A stretch of 33,750 nt of DNA from Alloascoidea hylecoeti (taxonomy: Eukaryota): positions 599,622-633,371 of the forward strand of contig BCKZ01000011.1 in NCBI GenBank assembly GCA_001600815.1. Direction: 5' to 3'. This document shows, one piece after another, positions 19,396 through 30,040 of the stretch. The notes under the pieces are model-generated. The model saw nothing but the letters and a program-made list of their open reading frames with translations. It had not been told where the DNA came from and ran no database searches. Position 1 is the stretch's first letter, and each line of letters starts with the position of its first letter. A program made the position numbers and the translations under genes.

Positions 19396-22300
19396 ATGGC
19401 ACAAACACGTTCGAATTCACATTTAGGCCCTCATAGTTTAAACAGACCAGACTCAAGACATATATTCTTCCAAGATAATGACGATGATGACATAACTATT
19501 AGCATTCCTTTGTCTTCATTTACTGCATTTAGACTAATATACTCGAATCCTAAACAGATTGAAAAGTTATCAAAAGTTACCTTTGTTGGACCGATTCCTG
19601 ATTCATGGTTAGACATTAGGGCATCCTCATTTAAAACAATGTTAGCTAAATTGAAATTTAAGCAAAACTATCACACTTTTAATGGAAGAACCTCAGGTAT
19701 CAGTTCCACTACTATTTTTAAGGATCCTGCTTTAGTTGAAGAAGACAAAAAAATTGATAATGATGGAGAAAGTATGGATGAGCTTACCCAACAGCAACGG
19801 ATGCAACAACCAAATAATAAATTTGGTACATTTCAGATGAAAACAATTAACTTCGCAAAATCAGATAATAAAAAGAAGATATCAAAAAAACATGATGCCT
19901 CTAAATTTTTAGGATGGGATGAAAGGGATGTAAAACTTTTAGGTTTAAATCATTCACATGGTACTCATGGTAGCTCAATTTCTGATTCTGATAACAGTAC
20001 CAGTGAAGAAGAAGAAGAATATGATGATGAGGAAGAAATCAGTAAAGATAACCACCAAAATTCAGAATCTGGACTTAGAGCGAAAACGATTGATTTTCAT
20101 CCACACAACACTTTTAGTATATTTAACAATAGCCTCAAAAATGAAATATCTAAAGGCAGACGGGCGTTAACTATTCCAAAGAGAGGAACTTCTAATTTTA
20201 AAATACCCACTTTTTCAAACAATAAGAATCGAAATATTAAGGGAAAAGGAAAAGGAAAAGTTTCCTTTGTTTCAACTTTAGATGTCGATGACAAAGAGAG
20301 TGAGGATTTTTCAAATGTATCATATGATAATAGTACTGTTCCCATGTCACTGCTCCCACAATCAAGAGAAGGATCACCTGGGGAAAATACACCATCATCG
20401 AATTATATTAAAACTCATTCAATTCCCCGTCCCTTTAATTTAAAGTCAACTAACACTACAGACAGTGTTCCTACTAGTTTTTTGTCGTTTAAAACAGCTA
20501 AAGAAACGTTTGATAATGAAGCATCAACATCACATTATAGGCCCCTCGTCCCAAGATCGAATAATACTTCGAGTAGCATTCCTAATAGTTGCATGACATA
20601 TAATACCGCTAGAGAATCTCTTTTTGACAATAATTTATCAGCCCCAACGGGAACTGAAGCTAGAAGTGATGGATTAAACCGAAAATACAAAGGAAAAGAA
20701 ACAGATAATTCAGAATCTCCTGTATCAGATGACACCAATAATACATTCTTGGTATCTTCTTCACTTGAATCTATTAGCACTAATACAACTTCTACTTCAG
20801 AACCTGGTTCGGATCCATTTACCAAGAATTTGAAAGTTCAAACACATATTGATGTCATAAATCCATTACAAAGAGACGAAAGCATTTCTAAGATAGTATC
20901 TCAAGTGGATACATTATCAACAACATATCCTGATATAATTAATGATAAATCTACAATTCATAAGTTAGAACCTAAAGACCATGATCGTTTACGAACGGTT
21001 CATAAACTTCAAACAATGGCAAAGAAAACCATATCACATACTAAAGGTATGACAACTTCGATAGTTAGAGGGCATTTAATGAAAAAGAAGCCTGGTAAAA
21101 TAATTAAAATAGAAAAAATGCTAGTTACAATAAAAACATCAAAACAAAAAAATATTTTAAATTTTAATGAGGTAGAATGCTGTGATACAAGAACTGAACA
21201 AAGATCTAGAGAATACACTGTAATTGCAAGATCAACTGGTGAATTTGATTCACCAATCATTTTGCAATTTAGAAGTAAGAGAAATATACCACTGATCGAT
21301 AAAGAGAAAAATGGATCATCAAAAAAAAGTATAAAGGACAAATTATCTTCAGTATTAAATTCAAACTCAAACTCACTTGATTTAAGACTATCAAGAAACG
21401 TTTGTGCTAATTTCTATAGTACTTTAGATAAAAGTATTGTATTATGGAAGAATGTGAAAGATCCACCAACCAAGAAACATCTATCATCCAACCATATCCA
21501 TACTATAAATAATAATGTGAAGATGAAAAAGATTAAAAAAGAGGTTGAAAAGAAAAACGCCAATAATGATAACTATAATAATGATCAATATGGCTCAATA
21601 TTTTATATTTTACAATGTAAAACTCAATCAAATGCAGTCCTCTGGTTTTCTTTTTTCCAAGAATGTCTTGGTATATCATCTAATAAAAATTTTAGTTTAA
21701 AGATTCCTGATTTAGATTTATCTTGTGATGTGAAATTTCCAAAAAATCTTTATTCAAAATTAACAAAAAATGGGTTGAATGATGATGATAGCAATAATAT
21801 GTTAGTTTTAAATTATAACAATTCAAAATATGGATATGATTATCATTATAATTTCCCAATAGTTACTTATATAATTGATAATGTTTTAAGAAAAGTTTGC
21901 TCAATTGATGAAGAACATGCATTATTTATTAAAACTTGGAGAGAAAATAATGAAAAATTGGCCCTTGATTGGAGACGTTATGATAGAGTTGAATGGATAT
22001 TTGGCAATAACCAAAAATTATTATTTGGTAAATGGTCAATGAATATGACCCATGATTTAGAAATAAGGCCGTTGAAACATTATCCAGATGACATAAAAAT
22101 ACCAGTTGATAATGTTAGTGGTGGAACTTCTACTATTATGGAAGAGCCAAGTCCAATTGAAGGATATTTAACAAGAATAATAACAACAGTAGATGGTGAA
22201 TTATACAAATCAAAATTTAATAATTGTAAAGTTATGTCAAATGATTTATATTTCACAACTTGTGATAATCTATTATTTTTTTGTGAAACAGAATTTGCAA

Positions 22301-23577
22301 CACCACCAATTAATGATTTATCAATGTTTGATTTAAATGGGTTAATCAATGATGTAACAAGAGCCAGAAAATTTATTAAATCGATGCCAATAATCAATGA
22401 AATTTGTCCCTTTAGAACTGATGAGAATGGTAGATTTGAAGCACTACCGGTACATTCCTTCAATCAAGTTTGTTTTAAAAAATTTGATAGAGACGCTTTA
22501 CTAGAGTTTGATAGACGTGTGGGCACAATTGTTCGAGCAAAAGGTTTTATAGATTTAAAATTAATTTTAAATATTAAGCCAGTGAATGTTACTGATGAAC
22601 GATTTCAAAATTCACAATTACAATTGATTTTAGTAAATAATAACTTTAAATCCAATGTTAAGATTAATATTGATGGGCTTTTTGAAATTTTTTTAAAAAA
22701 TGGTACAACAATATTATTACAAGCATTTTCAAAAGAAGCAAGGGATGAGTGGATTTTTAGATTAAACAAAATATCAAGATATTGGGTATTAAGATTTCAA
22801 GAAGATGTAACAAGAATGAAAATGATTAGGCAATCAAATATTAAGACATTAAATATTGACGGTATTAAGGAAGCAAAAATTGGCGAATCAATGTCAAGGT
22901 GGGAAGTGTCCCGCGGAATAGCAGATCCAACATCGTTTAACATTACAGGAATTGCAATGAGTCGTACAATATTAATGAAGGGTGTATTACATCAGAAACC
23001 CAAAAAGCATTCAACATTTAGAGGTTATTATGCCATATTATGTCCTGGATTCTTAATTTTATATAAATTATATAGAAGAGATTTATTTGGAGTTGCAACA
23101 TCACAACCTGATTATCGGCATCATTTAACGATTCCATTGAGTGGATGCTATATTTATTCTGGTACTCAAACATTTTGTAATCTCTTACAACGAGATTTAA
23201 CTTTTGATAAGATGAATCCCGGAAACCATCCCTTAGCTCGTGTTTATGAGGATGGATGGAAATCATCAGAAGAAGAAGAACAAAGATGTTTCATTCTTTG
23301 GTTTGGTAAGAAAAGAGACTTGTCAAATTCACATATTAATAAAACTCAAGAAAGTAGTATGAAAAATTCAAATACACTTTTCGAGGCAGTAAAGCCGCCT
23401 AGTGATATTGTTCAAAATCCTAGTTGTTTACGAATGTTTGGAAGATTGGGAGCTACTGGACATAGTATGGTTTTCATGGCTAGATCACGGCAGGAAAAAG
23501 ATTTATGGGTCACGAGCTTATTCAGTGCACTGGAAAGATTTTCTGTGAGTGGTACAGAGGGAATTAATATTGTTTAG
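19396..23577 (+). CDS. SPO71: Sporulation PH-domain protein Spo71/Mug56 (prospore-membrane Vps13 adaptor)
   Basis: SFTAFRL..FVGPIPDSW, FYSTLDKSIVLW, WRRYDRVEWIFG, EEPSPIEGYL, KPKKHSTF, YEDGWKSSEEEEQRCFILWFGKKR and VFMARSRQEKDLWV. Confidence 0.93.
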   Translation: MAQTRSNSHLGPHSLNRPDSRHIFFQDNDDDDITISIPLSSFTAFRLIYSNPKQIEKLSKVTFVGPIPDSWLDIRASSFKTMLAKLKFKQNYHTFNGRTSGISSTTIFKDPALVEEDKKIDNDGESMDELTQQQRMQQPNNKFGTFQMKTINFAKSDNKKKISKKHDASKFLGWDERDVKLLGLNHSHGTHGSSISDSDNSTSEEEEEYDDEEEISKDNHQNSESGLRAKTIDFHPHNTFSIFNNSLKNEISKGRRALTIPKRGTSNFKIPTFSNNKNRNIKGKGKGKVSFVSTLDVDDKESEDFSNVSYDNSTVPMSLLPQSREGSPGENTPSSNYIKTHSIPRPFNLKSTNTTDSVPTSFLSFKTAKETFDNEASTSHYRPLVPRSNNTSSSIPNSCMTYNTARESLFDNNLSAPTGTEARSDGLNRKYKGKETDNSESPVSDDTNNTFLVSSSLESISTNTTSTSEPGSDPFTKNLKVQTHIDVINPLQRDESISKIVSQVDTLSTTYPDIINDKSTIHKLEPKDHDRLRTVHKLQTMAKKTISHTKGMTTSIVRGHLMKKKPGKIIKIEKMLVTIKTSKQKNILNFNEVECCDTRTEQRSREYTVIARSTGEFDSPIILQFRSKRNIPLIDKEKNGSSKKSIKDKLSSVLNSNSNSLDLRLSRNVCANFYSTLDKSIVLWKNVKDPPTKKHLSSNHIHTINNNVKMKKIKKEVEKKNANNDNYNNDQYGSIFYILQCKTQSNAVLWFSFFQECLGISSNKNFSLKIPDLDLSCDVKFPKNLYSKLTKNGLNDDDSNNMLVLNYNNSKYGYDYHYNFPIVTYIIDNVLRKVCSIDEEHALFIKTWRENNEKLALDWRRYDRVEWIFGNNQKLLFGKWSMNMTHDLEIRPLKHYPDDIKIPVDNVSGGTSTIMEEPSPIEGYLTRIITTVDGELYKSKFNNCKVMSNDLYFTTCDNLLFFCETEFATPPINDLSMFDLNGLINDVTRARKFIKSMPIINEICPFRTDENGRFEALPVHSFNQVCFKKFDRDALLEFDRRVGTIVRAKGFIDLKLILNIKPVNVTDERFQNSQLQLILVNNNFKSNVKINIDGLFEIFLKNGTTILLQAFSKEARDEWIFRLNKISRYWVLRFQEDVTRMKMIRQSNIKTLNIDGIKEAKIGESMSRWEVSRGIADPTSFNITGIAMSRTILMKGVLHQKPKKHSTFRGYYAILCPGFLILYKLYRRDLFGVATSQPDYRHHLTIPLSGCYIYSGTQTFCNLLQRDLTFDKMNPGNHPLARVYEDGWKSSEEEEQRCFILWFGKKRDLSNSHINKTQESSMKNSNTLFEAVKPPSDIVQNPSCLRMFGRLGATGHSMVFMARSRQEKDLWVTSLFSALERFSVSGTEGINIV

Positions 23578-23838
23578 TGGAAATTATATTCATTATTTGT
23601 ATGTGGAAAATGTGTATTTATTTTGTATCGATATATGTTTTGATTGTGCAAAGAGATAAATTTAAATTTAAATTTGGCGTGTGTAGAGAGTTACTATTGG
23701 CAAGTTCTGAGATAAATAATTAGGTGGAGTAAAAATAATAATTTTGAATTTATTAGTGGCGAATATGTCCACCAGCAATCTTAAAATTCACATTTAAAGA
23801 TTTTCGTTACACCAATTGCAATATAAAAATATACTTCG

Positions 23839-25473
23839 ATGTCCGCACACGAAGAGGGTAAAACATCTTTCTTGGATCTTGGAGTTGATATTATCATCTC
23901 CGGGATTATCCCTTTCTTAGACGTTAATGATATCAAGAGCTTAAGCCTAGTATCCACAGCCGTTAATCAAATAGTAACAGACCCTTCAGTGTGGCGTCTT
24001 CTATACATTCGGACTTTTGGATTCCAACCGAATCCCTTCTCAGAATATAAATGGCCAGAAATGTACAAATGGAGAGCAACTGCCAGTTTATTTACGTGGG
24101 GCCAGGCAAATGGGTTTCGATTAGGTTATGATTCTCATAAGGTCCCTGATGGGTATGGCGATAAATGGAACTCCGTCTACAAACCGTTGCAGGTTCCGGG
24201 CCTGGAAAACACAGTATTATCCGATATTGCGGCCACTGGCTTCAATTTTGTTGTTCTATCTGCCAATGGGAAACTATATTGTATTGGCAGATCACCTTGG
24301 GGAGAAGAGCAACATCCCGAATTGAATTCTGAATTGCAACCAAGCACATCTCATAGCCTTCCAGTAGTTTATCTGCCTCCCGTAGTTGGTGGTCCAACTC
24401 ATCCTCAAACAGAATTACCATCTCCAACCCCAAGTTTAAGCAGAATGCTACCTTTCTTCCCTCCAGTTTTTAGACATCCGCGTGTGGGAGGACCACATGC
24501 TGCAATACCTGGTGCAAGGCCTGCAGTTCCGTCAAACACTAATATTAATGGGCCTAATTCTAATACTAATGATTACAAAAAAATATCGTTTTTCTCCTAT
24601 TTACCATTGCCTGATCCAGAATTGAGAATTACGAGTGTAAGTTGTGGTAGAGAAGAAATCATAGTTCTTGATGACAACAATGGCATATGGTATTGGGGTA
24701 AAAGAAAGCGCAGTCCAGTTATTAAAGTTACATTACCTGGATCACCCCAGTCTAAAATAATTAAATTGGCAACTGGATGGACTTCGAAAGCAGCAGTAGT
24801 TCAAGACGTTGGAATATTAGTATGGAAAGAACTAGATAGTTATGGTCATGCTAATACTATATTAATGAACAGTACAAATAATTTTTTTGATCCAGATGGA
24901 CCTAATATCGTTGATATAATGTGTGGTGAAACTTTCATTATATTTTTAACATCAGATGGTATACTATATAGATGTGGGGATTCGGATGTTGAGCTTGATG
25001 TAGGTCCTTATATATTAACAACATTCCAAAACTATTTAAAGACAAAACAATTACAGTATTCAAGTAAATTTGTTAAGATATCTGGGTCATTTAGAACATT
25101 TGCCGCATTCAGTGATACTGATGATGTTGTCATTGGTACTAAAGATTCTACAACTAGAGATAATATTCAGGAACCAATTGTAATTGATGAACTGCAAAGT
25201 GCTGGATGCATATCAGTTGCAATTGGTGATTATCATTTCTTAGCTTTGTTAAGAGGTGGGAAACTTTTAAGTTGGGGGCGTGAACCAGGAAGATGTGGTG
25301 CCTTAGGTTTAGGAGAACCAGACCATTTAAAAGAAAATGGAGTTGCAATTTCTTTGGGTAGAGACCTTGTTGTTGAAAAGCCTCATGAAGTCCAAGTTGA
25401 AGGGAAAGTATTGGCTATTGCTGCTGGAGGTTGGCAATCAGCAGCCATTATGACAGGGAAGCAAATATCGTAA
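23839..25473 (+). CDS. SAF1: F-box plus RCC1-repeat protein (SCF-associated factor Saf1/Pof9)
   Basis: N-terminal F-box (LDLGVDIIISGIIPFLDVNDIKSLSLVS..VW), then TWGQANGFRLG, VAIGDYHFLAL, SWGREPGRCGALGLG and AIAAGGWQSAA. Confidence 0.9.
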   Translation: MSAHEEGKTSFLDLGVDIIISGIIPFLDVNDIKSLSLVSTAVNQIVTDPSVWRLLYIRTFGFQPNPFSEYKWPEMYKWRATASLFTWGQANGFRLGYDSHKVPDGYGDKWNSVYKPLQVPGLENTVLSDIAATGFNFVVLSANGKLYCIGRSPWGEEQHPELNSELQPSTSHSLPVVYLPPVVGGPTHPQTELPSPTPSLSRMLPFFPPVFRHPRVGGPHAAIPGARPAVPSNTNINGPNSNTNDYKKISFFSYLPLPDPELRITSVSCGREEIIVLDDNNGIWYWGKRKRSPVIKVTLPGSPQSKIIKLATGWTSKAAVVQDVGILVWKELDSYGHANTILMNSTNNFFDPDGPNIVDIMCGETFIIFLTSDGILYRCGDSDVELDVGPYILTTFQNYLKTKQLQYSSKFVKISGSFRTFAAFSDTDDVVIGTKDSTTRDNIQEPIVIDELQSAGCISVAIGDYHFLALLRGGKLLSWGREPGRCGALGLGEPDHLKENGVAISLGRDLVVEKPHEVQVEGKVLAIAAGGWQSAAIMTGKQIS

Positions 25474-25540
25474 TTAATATTATCAATAAGTAATTCTATG
25501 TTTGTATATAATTATACAATTGGTACTAAGTATAGTCATT

Positions 25541-26434
25541 TCATAAGGATGATGTATCCAATAATCCAAGAAATTTAGCAGCGTGCTCAACATGGTCCCT
25601 TGCGAAAGAAGAAATGAAATAGTAAGAATGATCGTAGTTTTCTTGAAATCTAACGGTAACATTACCCTTATAAATTGAATCATTAACTGCTGATATAAAA
25701 TTTTCGGGTAATAACTGTTTATTTATATAAAAATTATCACCAGTGCCAACATCAATTAATATCTTTGGAGTAGGACCTTTATAGTTTCTGATTAATTCAG
25801 TTGCATCATGTTCTTTCCATTTACCCTCTTTTTCTTCAATGCCAAAATATCCGGTAAATGCTTTCATACCCCAAGGACAATTGATTGGATTTGTAATTGG
25901 AGCAAACGCTGAAACTGATTTATATTTGCCTGGATTTTTAAGAAATAATGTTAGGGCACCATGTCCACCCATTGAATGGCCTGTAATTGATACTCTATCT
26001 GGATCCAGACAAGGGAAAAGTTCAAATAGTTCATTAGGTAGTTCCTCGGTAATATAATCATACATTTTATAATTCTTGTTATATGGTTCCTTTGTAGCAT
26101 TAATATAAAACCCGGCCCCAGTACCAAAATCCCAATCATCATCCTCTCCTTGTAACCCAAGACCTCTTGGTGATGTATCAGGATAAACAATTGCTAGACC
26201 ATATTGTTCAGCCCATGGTTGCAAAAACCCTTTTTCGGCACAATTATTTCCGTTACAAGTTAAGCCTGCTAAATAAAATAAAACTGGGACTTTACCTACA
26301 GATGATTTCTTAAACGATTTTCCAGGTAAGAAGAGATTTAAGTCCATTTTAGTCCCAACAATTGTGGATTGGTGACTTAGTTTTAATAGCTCTCCTCCAA
26401 AATTAGATATCCTAGAATTGATTTTTAACGGCAT
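25541..26434 (-). CDS. FGH1: S-formylglutathione hydrolase (esterase D / YJL068C family)
   Basis: YLAGLTC, PDTSPRG, WDFGTGAGFY, GHSMGGHGAL nucleophile elbow, SVSAFAPI, QLLPENF and YDHSYYFISSF. Confidence 0.97.
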   Translation of the reverse strand: MPLKINSRISNFGGELLKLSHQSTIVGTKMDLNLFLPGKSFKKSSVGKVPVLFYLAGLTCNGNNCAEKGFLQPWAEQYGLAIVYPDTSPRGLGLQGEDDDWDFGTGAGFYINATKEPYNKNYKMYDYITEELPNELFELFPCLDPDRVSITGHSMGGHGALTLFLKNPGKYKSVSAFAPITNPINCPWGMKAFTGYFGIEEKEGKWKEHDATELIRNYKGPTPKILIDVGTGDNFYINKQLLPENFISAVNDSIYKGNVTVRFQENYDHSYYFISSFARDHVEHAAKFLGLLDTSSL

Positions 26435-26610
26435 ATTTTTCCAGAGATCCCAATTTCAATGTGAGGAATTCGAATGAACATGGGATCAATCACTCTTATA
26501 TGTAAAGGAGAAGCTGCCAGGATTTCATAACCTAACAAGGTTAAATCTCCAGTTTAACACCCAGACATCGAAACCCAACCAACCTCTTTATCATCACCAA
26601 CCTTTAAAAC

Positions 26611-27420
26611 ATGAATGATTTCATACTCGATACTGATTATGACAAGAGGATAGTCGAGCTGTTAAAAAAAGATGCTGCAAAATTATCTTCAAGTTACAAA
26701 AGAAATGGCCTTAGTGCTTTTGAAGACGCAAAGAGAAGTGATGGAGTGAGGCCGAATACTTCATTTTTAAAAAAATTGGTACGAAATACAGATTCTTATA
26801 ATCAACAATTATTAGATAAAGAAGCGGAAAGTGCCAATTTAAGATACGTTGACGACAAAGGGAAACTAAAGCGAAGAAATCATAAACGGTGGGATAAAGA
26901 GGATGGGACAACTGATAGAAGACGAGAATCAAAAGAATCCGAAAGGACAAGGGATTTAAAAAGCGGTAGAGATAGGTCGAATCACAGACACCATTCTAGG
27001 CGATCCAGAGATGATGATGATAAACAGTCTAGGAGATCATCAAATCACAGGCATCACAGACAACATAGTCGCAGAAGTCAAAGTCCTGAACGAACACATA
27101 CAACCAAACACAATCAAAATATCGGATCAAGCATGGATTCTTCTACAGGATATAGGAAACCAATAATAAAAGGTAGAGGTTTTACCTCCAAGTCAACTAC
27201 AACCATAGATGATCACTTCAAAATAGAATATGACGCTTCTAAAGACTCAAGTCCCGATATAAGTCTATTCAACTCTCATTCACCCTCATATTTTAAACAG
27301 GATCGAAGATATAATGAGAAGGTTGTTTGGCCTGATTATAACAAAGGTGAAAGAGAATGGGATAGAGGTAAAACTAAAGATGAGAATACGATAGTTTTCC
27401 AATCATCTAGAAAGGAATAA
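26611..27420 (+). CDS. Conserved fungal R/S/H-rich protein of unknown function (possibly nuclear or splicing-associated)
   Basis: 269-aa ATG-started ORF with blocks ELLKKDA..Y...GLSAF, RPNTSFLKKLVRNTDSYN and YNKGEREWDRGK that I recall as conserved in fungi, flanking an RS/RH-rich middle. Confidence 0.75.
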   Translation: MNDFILDTDYDKRIVELLKKDAAKLSSSYKRNGLSAFEDAKRSDGVRPNTSFLKKLVRNTDSYNQQLLDKEAESANLRYVDDKGKLKRRNHKRWDKEDGTTDRRRESKESERTRDLKSGRDRSNHRHHSRRSRDDDDKQSRRSSNHRHHRQHSRRSQSPERTHTTKHNQNIGSSMDSSTGYRKPIIKGRGFTSKSTTTIDDHFKIEYDASKDSSPDISLFNSHSPSYFKQDRRYNEKVVWPDYNKGEREWDRGKTKDENTIVFQSSRKE

Positions 27421-28424
27421 TTTGCTGCGTTCATGATTTTGCTTACAACTAACCATAGCTATACGGTATAAAGCAATCTAATCTAAATTTTTTTTGTATA
27501 TTATATTTCTATTTTCAGACTTAAGCTTGTGTTGGATAATATTTTCTGCAATTTTGAGGTTGATACTAATATCATGGCTTTCCTAAGTGAATTTTGCTTA
27601 AATCTTTTAAATCAGGAGGTATGCAACTTACTTTTTATAAGTATCCCCAAATTTAAATAAAACAAAAATTCTTATCTTATCTCTCAAAATAGATGTCTGT
27701 TTCTCGGGTCTGTGGAAGGAAAAATTAAATATCTTTTATATAAAAAAAAAGATTCAGAATCAGAATCGGAGTTACAAAATAAAATCATTGAAACAAATAG
27801 TACCGTTAGCTCTAAACACTAATTTTAAAACTACACCTGCTAATAATATCGAACCTCTTTATTTCCGTATTCTAAGTAAAATGAGAAAATGTACGGGAGA
27901 TCGTTAAGATCTTATCGACGGAATTAAAACTCGGAATGGGAAAAGATAAGACTGACTACGTATAGTTTCTATCCATACAACTCATTAACTTAAGTATTCA
28001 TTTTAAAAATGAAACATTTCTTATTTATATCTAGAATACGTACATAGTTTGCTATTGGTTATTGATTGCAACTAATATTGCTAAATTCTTTATATTGATG
28101 TCCTCAAATTTGTGGGAATTACTACCACGGAAAAAGGAAAGGAAAAAAATTCAGATATGATAAGTTTTGCAAGATGAAAAACGAATCATTATGTAACTGG
28201 GTCAAGTCTAAAATAGCGCCTTTTGTTTTTAAACAGCATTTCAAATCAAGATGGCGGTGTTATAATCAGCTTCTGAGTATTCCATAAGACTTAAACTGTT
28301 CCTAAAATAATGCGTAATGTTTCGTATATAATATTCTTCATAATATTAGTAATACTATATACAAACCTAGAAAAAAGGGATTCTATTTGAAAGTGAAAAT
28401 ATATTAATTATTAAGCGATTATAA

Positions 28425-29840
28425 TTAGGTTTTTGCAAGAGCTTTAAATTTGTTTTTCCGACTTTTTTGTTTTTCTTTTCTTTGGCCTCTTTCCACAAGT
28501 AATCCGGCTTTTTTCTTTTGTAATCGCTTCTTTTCTCCAAAGTGTTCCTTTTCCATTTCTACTATAGCTTCTCTTTTAGCCACACGTGTTTCTGAAAGCG
28601 AGTCTTTTATAACGGTATCATCTGTAATAGTATTGTATTTTTCTAGCTTTTGTCCTGTTTTCTCCTCGATATTCTCAATTCTTGTGACATCTTTAGGTGA
28701 GATAAATGAAATTGCTTCTCCTTTCTTGCCTGCACGCGCCGTACGACCAACTCTATGGATGTAATCATCTGCACTTGCTGGAATGTCGTAATTAACAACT
28801 AATTCTACAACGGGGATATCTAGACCTCTTCCTGCTACATCTGTTGCTATTAAAACTCTTGCAGCCTGTGCTCGGAACCTTTGGAGAGCATTAATTCTTT
28901 CAGACTGTGCTAAAGATGAATGCAAACTTGTGCACCTCACATTCAATTTTCGTAGCATCCTGCCTAATAATTCAGCTGAATAGATCCTATTAACGAAAAC
29001 AATTGCTGATTTATTCTCGTTATCAGGGTGTGTTAATAAATTATGTAAATAAGATTCCTTGACATATTCGGGCATCATTAAATATGAGGAAGTTAGTCTT
29101 TTGGGTAGAATCATTTGATCCACAGTATCTATTTCATGTATCGCAATTGGTAATTTCCCTTCTGCAAGTGGTTTGTCCTTTAGAGACCTGACAGCATCTG
29201 TAACAGTTGCTGTGAATAGTAATGTCTGTCGTTCATCTGAACTGGGGAGAACATCAAAACAGGTAGCTAAATCGGTACCAAATGTATTACTTAGTAACCT
29301 ATCTGCTTCATCTAACACCAAGTATTTCACCCTTCTTAACCCACTAATAGTTTCTTCACCGCTATTTTTAATATGATCCGCTAATCTACCGGGTGTCGCG
29401 ATAACAAAATGGGGTTTTCTTTGTAATTCTAGGGCCTGCTCAGTCATATTAACACCACCCACAATAACTGCTGTTCGCATATTAACAGAAGCACCTAAGG
29501 CCTTAAATTGTTCTGCTATTTGTATTGCTAATTCTCGAGTTGGGGTTAATATAAGCCCATATATACCAAATGGGTCTTTGGACCATGTCGTCATTAATGG
29601 AGCTGCAAAGGCAATAGTTTTACCTGACCCTGTTTTTGCTCCTCCGATGCAATCACGTCCTATGAAGATATTAGATCAGCTGTTCTATACCTAATCTGCT
29701 ATAAACTTTGTGAAAGTTGGCTTACCTTCTAAAATAGCTGGAATACAAGCAGATTGAATATCTGAAGGTTCATATATAGATATGGCATTTAAAGCATCAA
29801 TCAGCCATTTTGAAACCCCTAATGATTTAAAATCAGGCAT
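28425..29840 (-). CDS. DBP8: DEAD-box RNA helicase Dbp8 (DDX49); join(29726-29840,28425-29659)
   Basis: Exon 1 encodes MPDFKSLGVSKWL..PSDIQSACIPAILE. A 66-nt intron at 29660-29725 (GTAAGC..ATCTAAT..TAG) is followed by GRDCIGGAKTGSGKT, WSKDPFGIYGL, PTRELA, DEAD, TAT and HRVGRTAR. Confidence 0.96.
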
Positions 29841-29874
29841 GTTACAAAATATATGCCTATACCGGTATTGAAGG

Positions 29875-29935
29875 TTGAAAATTTAAATTTAAAGATTAAA
29901 AAAATTCAAGCTCATCGTAACCATTTTGAAAATTT
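29875..29935. promoter_or_regulatory. PAC plus RRPE ribosome-biogenesis elements of DBP8
   Basis: GCTCATCG (CGATGAGC on -) at 29910-29917; TGAAAATTT at ~29876 and ~29927; AAAAAATTCA at ~29899-29908. All lie 35-95 bp upstream of the ATG. Confidence 0.75.
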
Positions 29936-30040
29936 AAACACCCATACGCCTATATAACCGTATACTATGCAGGTGATATGAATGCTCATTAACTATATGA
30001 ATATTTGATTTATTTACAATTTAATTATGAAGTTTTACGT

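Noticed and set aside
28212..28263. Weak hairpin ATAGCGCC...GGTGTTAT in the 1-kb convergent intergenic gap
   Set aside because: Short G:U-rich stem with no ncRNA boxes; not distinguishable from chance.
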